Shown: positions 1 through 13,956, numbered from the stretch's first letter. The stretch: DNA of 64,000 nucleotides from Mobula hypostoma (GCF_963921235.1 NC_086124.1:18786001-18850000); one strand, 5' to 3'. Made by a program: numbers and translations. Notes: a model not told the origin generated them from the letters alone.

Positions 1-768
1 CTGGCCCTCCAGTCAAGGATGCACTACAGAACTAACTAAATGAGTAATTAAATCCCTAATAATCCATTCTGCATATATATGGTTCATAATTCCTCCAATC
101 ACTTCACATTCACATGCATGTCTAAGAGCCTCTTATATAGCTCAATGGGATCTGCATCCACTGCCATCCCTGACAGTGCATTCCAGAAACCCATAACTCT
201 CTGTGTGTAAAAATGTACCCCTCGCGCATCTGCTCTCTCAACGTATGTGCATGCCCTCAAGTATTTGATCCTGGGGAGAAAGATGCTGGCTGTCTACTCT
301 CAGCTGTCTATTCCAAGTCCCTCATAATCTTCGATCAGGCCTGCGCTACTCCACAGAAAACAACCGAAGTTTGTCCAATCTCCCCTCAGAGCACGTGACT
401 TCCATAATCTCAGCATCATCCTGGTAGAACTCTTCTGCGCCCTCCCCAAAGCTTCCAAGTCCTGCCTGTAATGGAGTGACCAGAACTGGATGCAAGGCTC
501 TAGATGAGGCCTCACAAGGGTTTTATGAAGTAACAACGTAACCTCCTGACTCTTGAACTCAATTCCTCGACTAATAATGGCAAGCGTGCCACCCTATCAA
601 CCTGTTCAGCCACTTCCAGGGAGCTATGGGCTTCAACCCCTAAATCTGCACCTGCAGCATTTCTCTTCTCTGTTAATTCCCCGTGGCCCTCGATTCCCCA
701 AGCTCTCAATGGTTTATTTTCCTGTTTCTTAAATGCTATTAAGCAGAATAGATTCAGCAGACGTACAG

Positions 769-810
<42 letters not shown>

Positions 811-812
<2 letters not shown>

Positions 813-1070
813 GCCGCGGTAACCTAGTCGGTTAGTGCGACATCATTACAGCATCAGGGCGTTGGAGTTCAGCGTTCAATTCCGATGCCGCCATTAAGAA
901 GTTTGCACATCCTCCCCGCGAAGCATGTGGGTTTATTCCGGGTGCTCCGGTTTCCTCCCACATTCCAAAGACGTAGCAGTTAGTAGGTTAATTGGCCATT
1001 GTAAATCCTCCTGAGGTTAGGATAAAGTTAAAGGGTTTAGTCCGCATTGTATCTCCAAATACAAGTAAAA
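811..1070 (+). mobile_element. tRNA-derived V-SINE/HE1-type SINE; further copies at about 1655-1930(-), 20650-20940(-), 23930-24220(-), 37478-37745(-), 60150-60440(+), 63020-63270(-)
   Basis: B-box-like GTTCAATTCC followed by the core GGGTGCTCCGGTTTCCTCCCACATTCCAAAGAC, repeated across the window. Confidence 0.8.
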
Positions 1071-4000
1071 GTAAATAGGTGGTTTGCTAGAAGATGCGGC
1101 TCAGCGGGCCTGAAGGGAGCGTATCAAGAGAGGTAGCATCACTGGAGGGAAATAACCAGTCAACATTTCAGGCGGAGACCCTTCATTGGTGAAACACCTT
1201 CATCCATCCAGCCTCCACACTGATCTCTGAGCAGACCCAGACACATGCACGACCACAGTGAGGGGAGTCTCCTATGCATCCCCATTGTAAGTGACCACCC
1301 CTTCCACCAATCATTCGAGATTCTCCCACTGATGCAATCACCCTGCGAAGACACCTCAGAATCCTTCATGATACAACAGGATCCCCCATCATCCTAAGCA
1401 TCAGCAATCCCTTCTTCAGCCTCACATGGTGGTCCAACTCTCTCATTCCTGTAATTAGCCTGCCGAATTCCCAGTCTCTGGTGCTGGCACATCTGCTGTT
1501 AAATATGGGGAAAAACAAGTGCGATACAACTGTATAAAAGAGGAATCTAGTTCTAATCTCCAAACTGCTTGCAATGCAGACCAGTGTGCCATTTACTTTG
1601 CTAACCAGTAGCCTACCAACATTGTTTCTGTGATTAATGACACTTACTTGTTTCATTTAGAGATACAGTATGGAACATTCCCTTCCAGCCCTTCGAGCCG
1701 TGCTGCCCAGAAAGCTAGCGATTTGACACAAGCCTAAACCTAGGACAATTTACAACAGCCAATTAACCTACTAACCAGTATGTATTTGGACTGTGGGAGG
1801 AAAGCAGAGCACCCGCAGGAAACCCGCGCACACACGGGAAGGAAAGTGAAAACTTGATTACAGAGGGCACTGGAACTGAATTCCAAACTCCGACGTTGTA
1901 ATAGTGTTGGTATAACCACTACGCTACCGTGGGAACACCATTACATCCTCCTGCACCTCACTCATAGAGCACATTACAGTACAGCACATCAACAGACCAT
2001 ACGGTCTGCATCAAACGTGATGCCGAGTCAAATTAAATCTCACCTGCCTGTACATGGCCCATCTCTTTCTGAACCCTGCATATTCACGGGCCTGTCTGAC
2101 AGATACTTAAATGCCACTATGGTGTCTAATTCCACCAGTAACTCCAGCAACCGTTTCCAAGCACCATCCACTCCCTGCGTAAAAATAATTTGCCTACTTA
2201 GAACTTTCCTCCCTCTCTCCTCAAAGGCAGATTAGCTGGTACATGGAACACTGGACAAGGAACAGTACAACACTGGTCCTTTGACACGCAATGAATTGCC
2301 GATCTTACTCCAAGATCAATGTAAACCTTCCATCTCATCCATGTGCCTATCTAAGAGTCTCTTAAATATCCCAACTGCATCAGCCGCTATCACTGTCCTC
2401 GTCAGTGTGTTCCACATGTCTCTGTGTAAAAAATAAACTATCTCTGGCATCCCACTGTGATTTCCCCCAGTATGTCCTCCCATGTTAGCCATTGCCACCC
2501 TAGGAAATAATCTCTGGCTGTCCATTTTGTGGATGCCTCATCATCCTGTGCACCTCTGTCAAGTTGCCTCTCATCTTCCTTCGCTCCACAGAGAAAAGCT
2601 GTAGCTTGCCCAACCTTCCCTCTTAAGACATGCCTTCATCGTGCTTGACGCTTCTAAACTGGAGATAAAAAGTCTGAATGACTGCCCTGTCTACTATGTG
2701 CCTCTTAAAATGGTATCACTTTTTTCACTTATTTTCATCCAATTCTCTCTATTTAGAATAATAGACTGTCTTTTGATTCTTCCATGACCTCACACATTCC
2801 TACTTTAAGTAGCACCTATGGGGTGACAAATGGAAAGTTGCTGGTCTCTGGCCATTCACCAAAGCAAAGAGGTTTTTCACTAGCCTCCCTCTATTTCTTT
2901 TCCCTTAAGCAGCTGCACAGACCAACCATTGATCGGAGAAGGCAAGATTTACACAGCCTGAAAACTGCGCGACACTTTAAAATGTTTAAATGTTAAGAAT
3001 ATTCCAACTGCATGGCAACAAAGGCTATGTGCGTGGGAGCATTTCAATTACTGTGTGGCTGGGCACTTGCACAACTTAAAGGGAACAGTGCTGCGCCATC
3101 AATGTGTCATTCGGCTTCTCTTAGCCCTCACCCCGAACTGTTACCTGGATTAGAGGGCATGTGCTATTGGGAAAGGTTGCACTGACTTGGGTTGTTTTCT
3201 CTGTTAGTGATTAGCGCAACACTATTGCAGGTCAGAATGTTTTCCCTACATTTCAAATACTTGTTTCCATGAGCATTGTAATAAGATAAGCCAGGGGAGA
3301 ACTACAGATGCTAGCACCAGAGTGAGACAATGATGGATCTCGAACTTTCAGATAGAAGCAAAGAGTTTGTGTTGGAGATCTTCTGGGCACCAGCTGAAAT
3401 TGTAGATTGGGACTGGGCTGTGATTACATGCGCGCAAGGATATGGACTACGGGACCATGCTGCCTACCTGAAAAAGTGGACTCATGCGTGGCCAGATTGT
3501 GAAGATGGCTTTTAGCACGCTGGCCAAAATTAGTCAGGGTATTGAGTGTAGAAGTGGGGAGGACTTGGTGGGATTGTACAAGACACCAGTGAGGCCCTGT
3601 GGGGGTTATTGTCATCAGTTTTTCTCGCGTTGCTATAGGAAGTATGCTTAACATCATAAACAAAAAGGTGCAGAAAGGTTTAGAGCGTAGAGCACTACAA
3701 CACAGGGAAAATAGATGTTGCTGGGACTTGAGGGTCTGGTATAAGGGAGAGGTTGGGTAAGCTAGGACTTTACACCGTAAAGCGTATGAGATTGAGAGGT
3801 GATCTTACAGAGGTGTATGAAATCATGAGGGGCAAAGATAGTATAAATGTATTTTTTTTTTCCCAAGGATGTGGAATGAAAAAACAGAGGGCATGGGTTT
3901 AGGATGATAGGATAAAGACTGAATGGGTACTGGCACAGCTTTTGTTTTTACACAAAGGGTGGTATGGCTGTGGAATGAGCTGCCAGAGAAGGTGGTTGGG

Positions 4001-4829
4001 GTTTTTACGATAACTTTTGAAAGACAGTTTGATATGTAACTGGATAAGAAAGGTTTAGAAGGCGATGCACCGATGTCGACTAGCATGAACTGGGGCAACT
4101 TGGCTGGCATGGACCAGTTGGGCTGAAGGACTGTTTCTGTGCTGTGTGACTCCATAAAAGAAGTAGCGTTTCCAGCCCACTCCTAACCCCAAGAACAGGG
4201 CCAATGTAATCATTGCCTCCACACACACCCATTTACTCCTGGGTAAGCTATTACACCCCCACTAACTCCCTCTGCCTCAAATGTATTCACATACCCTGCA
4301 TCTAGCGTCCTCCTCAGGAGAGAGTTCCAGAAAATTGCCAAAGACAAAAAGGTAGCATGGAGATGAAAGAGACTGTGAGACAGCGAACGTGGGCAAGCTG
4401 GTGGGAGCAAGGTTTGCGGCGTGGGGAGGACTGCAGCGGCAGGTGAGGGTTTCCAAATGATCAGGTCTGTTCAAAGCGTGAAGCGGCAGAGGTAGGGAGA
4501 TTAGAAGGCAGGGAGAAGAAGATCTCAGAGGTCAGAGAAGTGAGGGGAATCTGAATGCTGAAGGAAATGGGATAAGAGTAGGAGAGAGAGACTACAGAGA
4601 GAGGGCAAGAAAGCGAAAGACAGAGACAGAGTGAGGGGGAGAGAGAGAGAGCGCGAAAGCAAGCAAGAGCGCAAAAGAGGGAGGGGAGAGGCGTGAGAAG
4701 GAGAGAGGGAGAAAGGGAAAGTGTGAGAGAGGGAGAGAGGGTGAGAGGAGGAGAGGGGAAGAGGAGTAGAGAGAGAGTGTATTATTATTAGCTATCATAG
4801 TTCACTCTTGCACACAAAGAAATACCTAC

Positions 4830-4869
4830 ATACACATCTGCCCCGTATAAAGCATCTTGATAGACAACT
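4830..4869 (-). CDS. rbfox1l: rbfox1l exon 9, B40-equivalent 40-nt exon (VVYQDALYGADVY); gene presumably continues below position 1
   Basis: 40 nt, phase 2/0; matches RBFOX VVYQDGFYGADIY; tttcag acceptor and GTAGGT donor. The following GGYAAYRY exon was not found in 1-4829. Confidence 0.92.
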
Positions 4870-6602
4870 CTGAAAGTCAAACATAAGAAAAGAAAGTCAG
4901 TGTTACTACCGAGTGTTTCTTAAAGCATAAGCGGTCTGGGTGATTCGAAGGGACCTGGAAAATTTGCGCATGTGCTTTATTACTAATGACAGAGCAAATT
5001 AACAGGGCATTTCAAACACAGTTTATTATGAAGGCTCAAAAGAAAGGATTTTTTAATTACTGTATGTTATATCAACGTTCAGTTGAAACATGAAGACCAG
5101 CCTGGGCAGAGCACATTAGAAAAGACGTTGAGATGTAGAGTAATATAGAAGTGAAACAGGCCCTTCAGCCCAACTCATCCATGCTGACCAGGTGGCCTTC
5201 CTGACTCAGTCCTTTTGCCTGTGTTTGGTCTCTTTTCTCTTTTGGACTGGCCTTTTATTATCCATGTACATGTGTAAAATGTCTTTTAAGCTGCGTGATT
5301 GTACTTGTCTTTGTCACTTCCGCGGCAGCTTGATCCATGTACCCACCATTCTCTGTGTGGAAAAGTTGCCCTTCCAGACTCCTTAAAATTATTCCCCTCT
5401 CATATTGAAACAACATCTTCTTTTCGAATCCCAGATCCAATGGAGAAGTTATTAGCCATCCATCTTATCGACACTTCTCGTGATTTTATAAAACTCTGTA
5501 AGGGGATCCCGCAACTTCCTTCACTCCAGGGAAAAGATCCCGTCTATCCTACCTTTCTTCAGAACCTTCAGCCCCACATGCAGCCCGGTGAATCTTTTCT
5601 GTTCCCTGTCCAGCTTGATGGAATTCCTCCTGTAGCTGGATGGCCAGAACAGTAGGAATACTCTGTCCAGTTGAAGGGTTTTGGCCCAAAACATCCACAG
5701 ATGCAGCCTAACCTGCTGAATCACCCCTCAGCGTCCTCCATACCAAAAATCAAGGCTCCCAGCCTACTCATTCTCTCCCTGTACCTCAAGCCCTCCAGTC
5801 CTGTCAACATCCTTGTAAGTCTCTTCTACAACCCTTTCTAGCTTAATCAAATGCTTGCTATCACAAGTTGGCTACATAGTTGTATTCAGGATCTTAAGTG
5901 TTGTTGATGAGAAGATGTTTTTGGAATCATGAATGGGGCTTGGTGGATGCCCTCAGAGATTCTGATTCTGATTTTGATACAGATCCTCCATGTCCTTCCT
6001 GTAACGAGATGAGCAATCCTAACACACAATACTCCAGATGTGGCCTCACCACATCTTCAGAAAACAATGCCTCAAGAAGGCAACATCCATCATTAAGGAC
6101 CCCATCACTCAGGACAAGCTCTCTTCTCATGCTACCATTCAGGAGGAGGTACAGTAGCCTGAAGACACACACTCAATGCTTTAAGAATAGTTTCTTCCCC
6201 TCTGCCGTCAGATTTCTGGCTGGTTCACATTTTCACACTAGTTCACATTTTTTGCTCTCTTGTCACACTATTTATTTAATTAGATTTTTAAAGATATTTT
6301 TTATTATAATTATATCTTTTTTACTATTACTATGTACAGCTGCTGCAAAAGAACAAATTTCACAACATATGGCAGTGATATTAAACCTTATTCTGGCCAA
6401 ACTTTTATACAGTTCTGTCATAATTTCCCAACTTTACACTCAACACCTCAACCTATGAAGGCAGAAATTCCATTCACCTTTAACCACCCTATCAACACCC
6501 CAAGATCCCGCTGCACCTGATCAAAATTAAAACAATGGTCATCTCCTTCCCCACGTGACCCCAGCAGTCTTGCGTTGAATTTAGTACAGGGGCCGTGCTT
6601 AC

Positions 6603-6741
6603 CCTCCATAGGTTGGGAGAGGCGAAGGTGCCGTTGCAGTCCGGATGGTGTTGTAAACAGCCCTGCCCCGGCCTCGGAGGTGGGTCCCTCTGTAGGCGAT
6701 GGCCGGAGCTGCAGCGGCCACCGGATATGGGAAACCAGCCA
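6603..6741 (-). CDS. rbfox1l: rbfox1l exon 8 ([47 protein letters not shown]), Fox-1 C-terminal domain
   Basis: 139 nt, phase 1/2; AYRGxHLRGRGRxVYNT motif; gcacag acceptor and GTAAGC donor. Confidence 0.95.
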
Positions 6742-7528
6742 CTGTGCAGGGACCGAGAACGAGGCGTTAAACAAGAACGGAAAACAATCGAGAAGTATTG
6801 CATTGCCACCTCCATTGTATGTAGCGACAACAAGTATGAAGTGAGGACACAAGATGTGGCAGATGCTGGAGACTTGAGCAACAAACAATTTGCCAGAGGA
6901 CCTCAGCCGGTCCAGCACGTGTCCAAGGGAGGAAAGGAACTGTCGACATTTCGGTACAGAACTCTGCAGCAGAACTGAAAGTGGAGAGGAGGGATTGCTA
7001 CTCCCCTTCTTTTTACACCAGACATTTCACCTCTCCACTCTCATTCCTGAACCAGAGACAATGCCTCCCCCAACCCAACAGATGCTACTCCACCCGTTGA
7101 GATCTCCCAGTAGGGGAATTCTGATTGTATTGTATGCAGAGGAGGCAGTTTCTGTTTCACTTTAACTACAACTGGACATTTTTGAGAAAGTACCATGATA
7201 CGAGTATCAGTACAAGAGACTGCCTTGTCAGTTTCTGAAACAAATCTCTTGAACAGCTTCCTGCTGTGGAACAGCAGCCCATGATTCCCACCCTTGGCAG
7301 TTTCCTTCTTATCCATTTTGAGAATATTAATTTATTTCATAAAAGTGACCTGTTTCTTTTGTTCCGTCTCTCAAATTTGTGGTCGTGATTTTGGAAATAC
7401 TGTAAGGGCAAATTTCAGGTAGCCAAACTGCTGTAACGTGGGACACTGTGGTCACTGTGCATTAAGGGCCTCGGGATACTTTAAAGCAGTGAGCTGCAGC
7501 GTTAAAACTGGAATTGTTTCATGCTTAC

Positions 7529-7582
7529 CTGTGAATATTTCTGGGGCGTAGACAGCTCCGACCATCGGATTAATCTTCCATC
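7529..7582 (-). CDS. rbfox1l: rbfox1l exon 7 (GWKINPMVGAVYAPEIFT)
   Basis: 54 nt, phase 1/1; RBFOX GWKxNPxVGAVY motif; tttacag acceptor and GTAAGC donor. Confidence 0.95.
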
Positions 7583-8886
7583 CTGTAAAGAAAATGGATG
7601 ATGAGGTAAAAACAGAGGAAGACAATACACAGTCTGAGACCCTTCATCCCATCTCATCAATACTCGCCCAGTTTGACACATGGAGCCATTCCATTTCCCA
7701 GCTCTAGTGAGGAAGAAATAAAATGCAGAGATTTATGAGAATGTTGCCAGGATTTGAAGGCTTAAAATACAGAGAGAGATGGCAGGTTAGGACTTTATTT
7801 CTTGGAGTATAGTGGAATGAGGCCTGAAGTTATAGAAGTTTTAAAAATTATAGGGGTGGGGGCATAGACAGGATGGATGCACTCATTCTTAATCACAGGG
7901 GAGTAGAACTAGCAACTAGAGGGCAGAGATTTAAGGTCATATGTAAAAGATTTAAAGGGGACACGAAGGGTAATTTGTTCACGCAGAAGGTGTTGTATCT
8001 GTTGAACAAGCTGCCAGAAGAAGTGATAGAAAACATAGAATGGTACAGTAGAGCAACAGGCCCTTTGTCCAACAATAGTCTGCCATGCGAATTGAGCGAA
8101 TGCTTCTGTCATATCTGCATCCACAATTCCATGGAAGCTTCCAGACTTCCTCTCTAAAGGGACTTGCCCAGCACAGCTTCTTTGAATGTTTCTCTCCCTC
8201 ACTTTAAGTGAATTCCCTCTAATTCAGACACTTCAACCCTAGGGCAGGGATGTTACCCATGCTTCTCATAAACTTCTATCGGGTCTCCCCTCAGACTCTA
8301 CTGCCCTAGAAAAAGCAGCCCAAGCTTGTCCAGTATCTCCATGGAGACGAAGTCCTCTGATCCGGCAGCATCCTTGTAAGCCTTTTCTGAACTCTCCCCA
8401 AATGCTCCATAGTTGTCCTATAGTAGGATGCCCAACACTCCCAAAATTCCCTAGCTAACTACAACATAATTTCCTGGCTCTTGTTCGATGCCTCAACTAA
8501 TTAAGTCAAGCATGCAGTTACAAGAACAACATTTAACAGATGTTTGGGGAGATACATAGATGGGAAAGGTTTGGAAGGATATGGGACAAACACAGACAAG
8601 CGGGACTGGCTTAGATGGGCATATTCTCAGGCATGGATGAGTTGGGCCAAGTGGCCTGTTTCAGTGCTCTCAGTATGGAAGTCAAGTCGTTGTCAATGAG
8701 TGCTATCAGCATACAGGGTCAGCCAGCATAAGACATCCACGTTACGTAGATTCAAGGGACTGCAAATGCTGGAATCTGAACCAACACACAAAGTGCTAGA
8801 CAAACTCAGTGGATCAGGGAACATCTATAAGGTGGGGGGGGTGGAATGGATTGCCAATGTTTCAAGTAGAGATCGTTCACCTAGAG

Positions 8887-8968
8887 CAAGGGCTGCCAAC
8901 CTTTTTATGCCATGGACCAATACTGTTAAGCAAGAGGTTCGTGGACCCCAGGTTGGGAACTCCATGTC
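8887..8968. mobile_element. Small hAT-type MITE relic
   Basis: Imperfect terminal inverted repeats CAAGGGCTGCCAACC ... GGTTGGGAACTCCATG. Confidence 0.45.
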
Positions 8969-10299
8969 CACAGACTGAAAGGGGTGGAGTAAGAGATACT
9001 TTATACTTTATTGTCGCCAAACAATTGATACTAGAGCATACAATCATCGCAGCAATATTTGATTCTGCTCTTCATGCTCCCTGGAGTACAAATCAATAGT
9101 AAATATTAAAAATTTTAATTATAAATCATAAATAGAAACAGGAAAGTAAGGTAGTGCAAAAAAAACCAAGAGGCAGGTGGGGATATTTGGAGGGTACGGC
9201 CCAGATCAGGGTCAGGATCCGTTCAGCAGTCTTATCACAGTTGGAAAGAAGCTGTTCCCAAATCTGGCCATATGAGTCTTCAAGCTCCCGAGCCTTCTCT
9301 TGGAGGGAAGAGGGATAAAAAGTGTGTTGGCTGGGTGGGTCATGTCCTTGATTATCCTGGTAGCACTGCTCCGACAGCGTGCAGTGTAAAGTGAAAAGAG
9401 ATGGCAGGTGATGGGTAGATCCAGGTGTGGATGCTGAGAGATGTGGGAGAGCAGAAAGTGGGAACCATGTAATAAGCTGGAAGGCAAGAGGTGGAAATGA
9501 CAAAGAGCTGAGGATGGCCGACTCTGATAGGAAAGGAAGGCAGAGCGTGAAATTAAGGGAGGAATGTTGGGAGGGGAACCAGTGGGTGGAGGGGGTGGGT
9601 GGTGGGCAGGTGGAGAGAATGGGGAGAGGGAAGAGATATGTCAATGGAGTACAAGTAGATCAGGGGAAGAGAGAAAGGAGCAAATAAAAAAGTGACAGAG
9701 GAGGAGCAGTTATTGGGAGTTCGGGAATTCAACGTTCCTATCAACAGGATGGGCACAGCCCGGGAGGAATAGACCATAAGATCATAAGACATAGGAGCTG
9801 AACTCAGCCAGTCGGCATTGAGTCTGCTCCACCATTTCATCATGAATGATTTATTATGCTTCTCAACCCCATTGTCCTGCCTTCTCCCTCTTGGCGCCCT
9901 CACTCATCAAGAAGCTATGAACCTCTGCTTTAAATATACCCAGTGTCTGAATTGCACAGATTCACCACTCAAGGAATAGAAAGTTGTTCTTCTAAACTTC
10001 ATTTAGCTTCAACCTGGCAGTAGAAGAAGTCAAAAACAGACACATCGGTGAGAGAATGGCAATGCAATGATAATGGCTGTCCGCTGGGACACAAGGCAGA
10101 ACAAAGGTTCAACGAACACCTCTTTAGGGAGTCTTTTCTTCCCAAGTACAATAGCCCATGACCTCAGGGATTCCTGATTATCTAGCTCCCAGCTAATCCT
10201 TCAGGCCACATCCTATCCTGTACCAGCCACTCCAGCCCCCAGCTGAACTCCACACGTTTCAATGTAGTGATTTTAGATCATGCCACTGTCTCCACTCAC

Positions 10300-10360
10300 C
10301 ATTGATATAAGGAACCGGGGATTTCTTGGGGTTCACCACCCTCGCTGTCGCATTGTTGAC
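10300..10360 (-). CDS. rbfox1l: rbfox1l exon 6 (VNNATARVVNPKKSPVPYING)
   Basis: 61 nt; VNNATARV ends the RRM; ttccag acceptor and GTGAGT donor in phase 1. Confidence 0.95.
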
Positions 10361-10429
10361 CTGGAATATAAAACCAAGGATCTGGGTGTAATCAAAGTAC
10401 AAAAACCCAGGAGAATAAAGCCAACAATA

Positions 10430-11823
10430 GCCCCGCGTTTTAAAAAAGGAGGGAGAGAGAAACCGAGGAATTATAGACCGGTTAGCCTAACGTCGGTGGT
10501 GGGGAAACTGCTAGAGTCAGTTATCAAAGATGTGAGAACAGCACATTTGGAAAGCAGTGAAATCATTGGACAAAGTCAGCATGGATTTGTGAAAGGAAAA
10601 TCATGTCTGACGAATCTCATAGAATTTTTTGAGGATGTAACTAGTAGAGTGGATAGGGGAGAACCAGTGGATGTGGTATATTTGGATTTTCAAAAGGCTT
10701 TTGACAAGGTCCCACCTAGGAGATTAGTGTGCAAACTTAAAGCACACGGTATTGGGGGTAAGGTATTGATGTGGAGAGAGAATTGGTTGGCAGACAGGAA
10801 GCAAAGAGTGGGAATAAACGGGACCTTTTCAGAATGGTAGGCAGTGACTAGTGGGGTACTGCAAGGCTCAGTGCTGGGACCCCAGTTGTTTACAATATAT
10901 ATTAATGACTTAGACGAGGAAATTAAATGCAGCATCTCCAAGTTTGTGGATGACACAAAGCTGGGCGGCGGTGTTAGCTGTGAGTAGGATGCTAAGAGGA
11001 TGCAGGGTGACTTGGATAGGTTAGGTGAGTGGGAAAATTCATGGCAGATGCAATTTAATGTGGACAAATGTGAGGTTATCCACTTTGGTGGCAAGAACAG
11101 GAAAACAGATTATTATCTAAATGGTGGCCGATTAGGAAAAGGGGAGGTGCAACGAGACCTGGGTGTCATTATACACCAGTCATTAGAAGTGGGCATGCAG
11201 GTACAGCAGGTGGTGAAAAAGGCGAATGGTATGCTGGCATTCATAGCAAGAGGATTCGAGTACAGAGCAGGGAGGTACTACTGCAGTTATACAAGGCCTT
11301 GGTGAGACCACACCTGGAGTATTGTGTGCAGTTTTCGTCCCCTAATCTGAGGAAAGACATTCTTGCCATAGAGGGAGCACAAAGGAGGTTCACCAGATTG
11401 ATTCCTGGAATGGAATTTAGAAGATTGAGGGGGGATCTTATTGAAACGTATAAAATCCTAAAGAGATTGGACAGGCTAGATGCAGGAAGGTTGTTCGCAA
11501 TGTTGGGGAAGTCCGGAACAAGGGGTCACAGTTTAAGGATAAAGGGGAAGCCTTTTAGGACCGAGATGAGGAAAAACTTCTTCACACAGAGAACAGTGAA
11601 TCTGTGGAATTCTCTGCCACAGGAAACAGTTGAGGCCAGTTCATTGGCTATATTTAAGAGGGAGTTAGATATGGCCCTTGTGGCTAAAGGGGTCGGGGGT
11701 ACGGAGGGAAAGCAGGTACAGGGTTCTGAGTTGGATGATCAGCCATGATCATACTGAATGGCGGTGCAGGCTCGAAGGGCCGAATGGCCTACTCCTGCAC
11801 CTATTTTCTATGTTTCTATGTTT
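10430..11823 (+). mobile_element. 5'-truncated CR1 LINE (RT pseudogene)
   Basis: NYRPVSLTSVVGKLLES, YLDFQKAFDKV and KFVDDTK motifs with in-frame stops; (TTCTATGT) tail. Confidence 0.95.
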
Positions 11824-13122
11824 CCATTAGCTGTTTGGCTAAGTACAGCCCCACTGATGTGTGCCAGTTCGCTGATAACACCATTGTCATTGGGTGAGTC
11901 ACAGGCAGTGCACTGGGAGATAGAGACCACCTGGTTGAATGGCACCTCAGACACAACACTAAGAAGCCAAAAGTTTAAAAGAAAGGGACAGGTGACCTCA
12001 GGAAGAGGGAGGAGGATGAACGTCTGCCACTGTTCTTTACTGGAGATTGTCAACAGTTTCAAGTTCCTCAGTGTAAACTTATCCGATACTGTACACAATT
12101 GCTGAAACTGCAAAGAAGGTGCGTCAGCAGTTCTCAGGCACTATGAAGGAGGTTCGGCGAGTCACTCTGACAGATCTCTGCAGATGTGCTGTTGGAAGCA
12201 TCATGGTCTAGTATGGTTGTTCAAATTTGCCTGAATTTAGAAAGCTGCAGAGACTACTGGACTCAGCCCAATACATCACGTGTGCATCCCTCCCCACCAT
12301 TGATAGTATCTACAATAGGCACTGCCTCAAGAAGGCAACTTTCATCATCAACGATCCCCCAAAATCAGGGCTACGCCATTTTTTCACAGCTCCCATCAAG
12401 CTGGAGGTACACACCAATTGGGTCAGAGAACAGCTACTTCTTAACTCACACACAATAGTTTTGTTGGGAGGCAGTTTGTGTAAGGAAATCGGAGTAACCA
12501 GAAGAAACCCACACAGTCACAGGCAAATATGCAAATTCTACAAAGAGAGACTGACAGACTGACAGGCAGATGAACAGAGAGGCACAAAGAAAAAGAGAGA
12601 GACAGAGCAAAAAAGAGGGGCAGGCAGACAGAGACAAAGGCCGAGACGTAGAGGCAGAGAGATGAGGAGATGAAGGGATGAGAAGATGGGGAGATGAAAG
12701 GACGAGAAGAGGGGGAGATGGAGAGAGGTTGATGAACACAGAGACAGAGCAGGAGAGAGATAGAGACGGACAGAGAGAGGAAGAGAGATAGACAGAAAGA
12801 GAGAGCGAGAGGGAGAGGAGAGGGAGAGAGAGAACCCACCTGAACAAACGCATACACAGCACCGGAAATTGGAATCCAACATTGCCAAAGCAGGAAGACA
12901 ATAGGACTAACTTTTTTATCTTATTAATTATTGAGATTCAATACCAAGGGCAGAATAGGCCTTTCTGGTGGCAATTCCTCCAGCCACCCTCAAGCACAAC
13001 TTTAACCCCAGCTTTGTGGAGTTGTTTCACTGTTTACCGTCTGTCAGAAACTTGGGTTGTTACCCCTCCATACTCGATGCCAACACTCCCTATTTAATTT
13101 ACAGAGACACTGCAAAACCCAC

Positions 13123-13215
13123 CTCAATCTTACGGCCCTCCACAATAGTACCATTAAGCTTCTCACGGGCCCGGTCTGCGTCAACGCTGCTCTCGAATGT
13201 GACAAATCCAAAGCC
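13123..13215 (-). CDS. rbfox1l: rbfox1l exon 5, 93-nt RRM exon ([31 protein letters not shown])
   Basis: Contains RNP1 GFGFVTF; 93 nt as in RBFOX1/2/3; AG/GT boundaries. Confidence 0.97.
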
Positions 13216-13902
13216 CTGTGAATAATAAGGTGGAAGCTCGTGTTAATGCAATGTGTCTGAATGTGCCTGTACAACACTGGGGTACGATACTGTTAGGACA
13301 GGTCTATACTATATCAATCCAAGGTACAGTACCAGCTGGAATGGATCTATCAAAGTACAACACTTGGTTACATTATCAGTGGGGAAGGACCTATTGCTGT
13401 AGAACATTGGGGCATAGTACCGATAAAGATGGGTCTATCACCATATAACACCAGTGTACATTACTGTTTGGAGCTGGGTCTTTTCCTGTATAACACCGTG
13501 TACAGTACTGCTAGGGATGTGGAACAAGGGCTGGTATATGATTGTTGGATCCAGGTTGGGAAAGAGTGAAAGACGTGAGGGCATGGAATGAGACCAGATG
13601 GGGAGGAAATGATGGGCAGATGGAATTAGGTGGGGAAGAAGGTGGAATGGTGGCTGATAAGTGGAACCTGATGGAGATAGGGTGAGATGGGCAGGTGGAA
13701 ACAGGAGGGATGGTACAGAGGGTTAGTAGTGATTGGTGGAACCAAATGAGACAGGGCTGATGGGCAGATATGGAACCAGGAGGGATGAAACAGAGATGGG
13801 TAGGTAAGCGTGATTGTTGACTGGTTGGGCACAGGTCAACGGGTCAAAGAGTCTGTTTTGGTGCCGTATTGTACTCTGTGCACATTGCTCTACAATACAA
13901 AC

Positions 13903-13956
13903 CTTTGATCCCCGTTCATTGAAGATAATTTCAACGTCTAGAATTTTGCCGAATTG
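13903..13956 (-). CDS. rbfox1l: rbfox1l exon 4, RRM (QFGKILDVEIIFNERGSK)
   Basis: 54-nt exon whose translation matches the RBFOX RRM segment; AG/GT boundaries. Confidence 0.97.

Noticed and set aside
4277-4474. Possible extra or M43-type RBFOX exon with an acceptor near 4467
   Set aside because: No similarity to M43, an immediate stop if joined after the 40-nt exon, and its 3' half resembles a CR1 remnant. No M43 exon was recognised in 1-4829.
10280-10840. 186-aa plus-strand ORF ending in RT motifs
   Set aside because: Chance fusion of the antisense of rbfox1l exon 6 with a truncated CR1 RT that has downstream stops.
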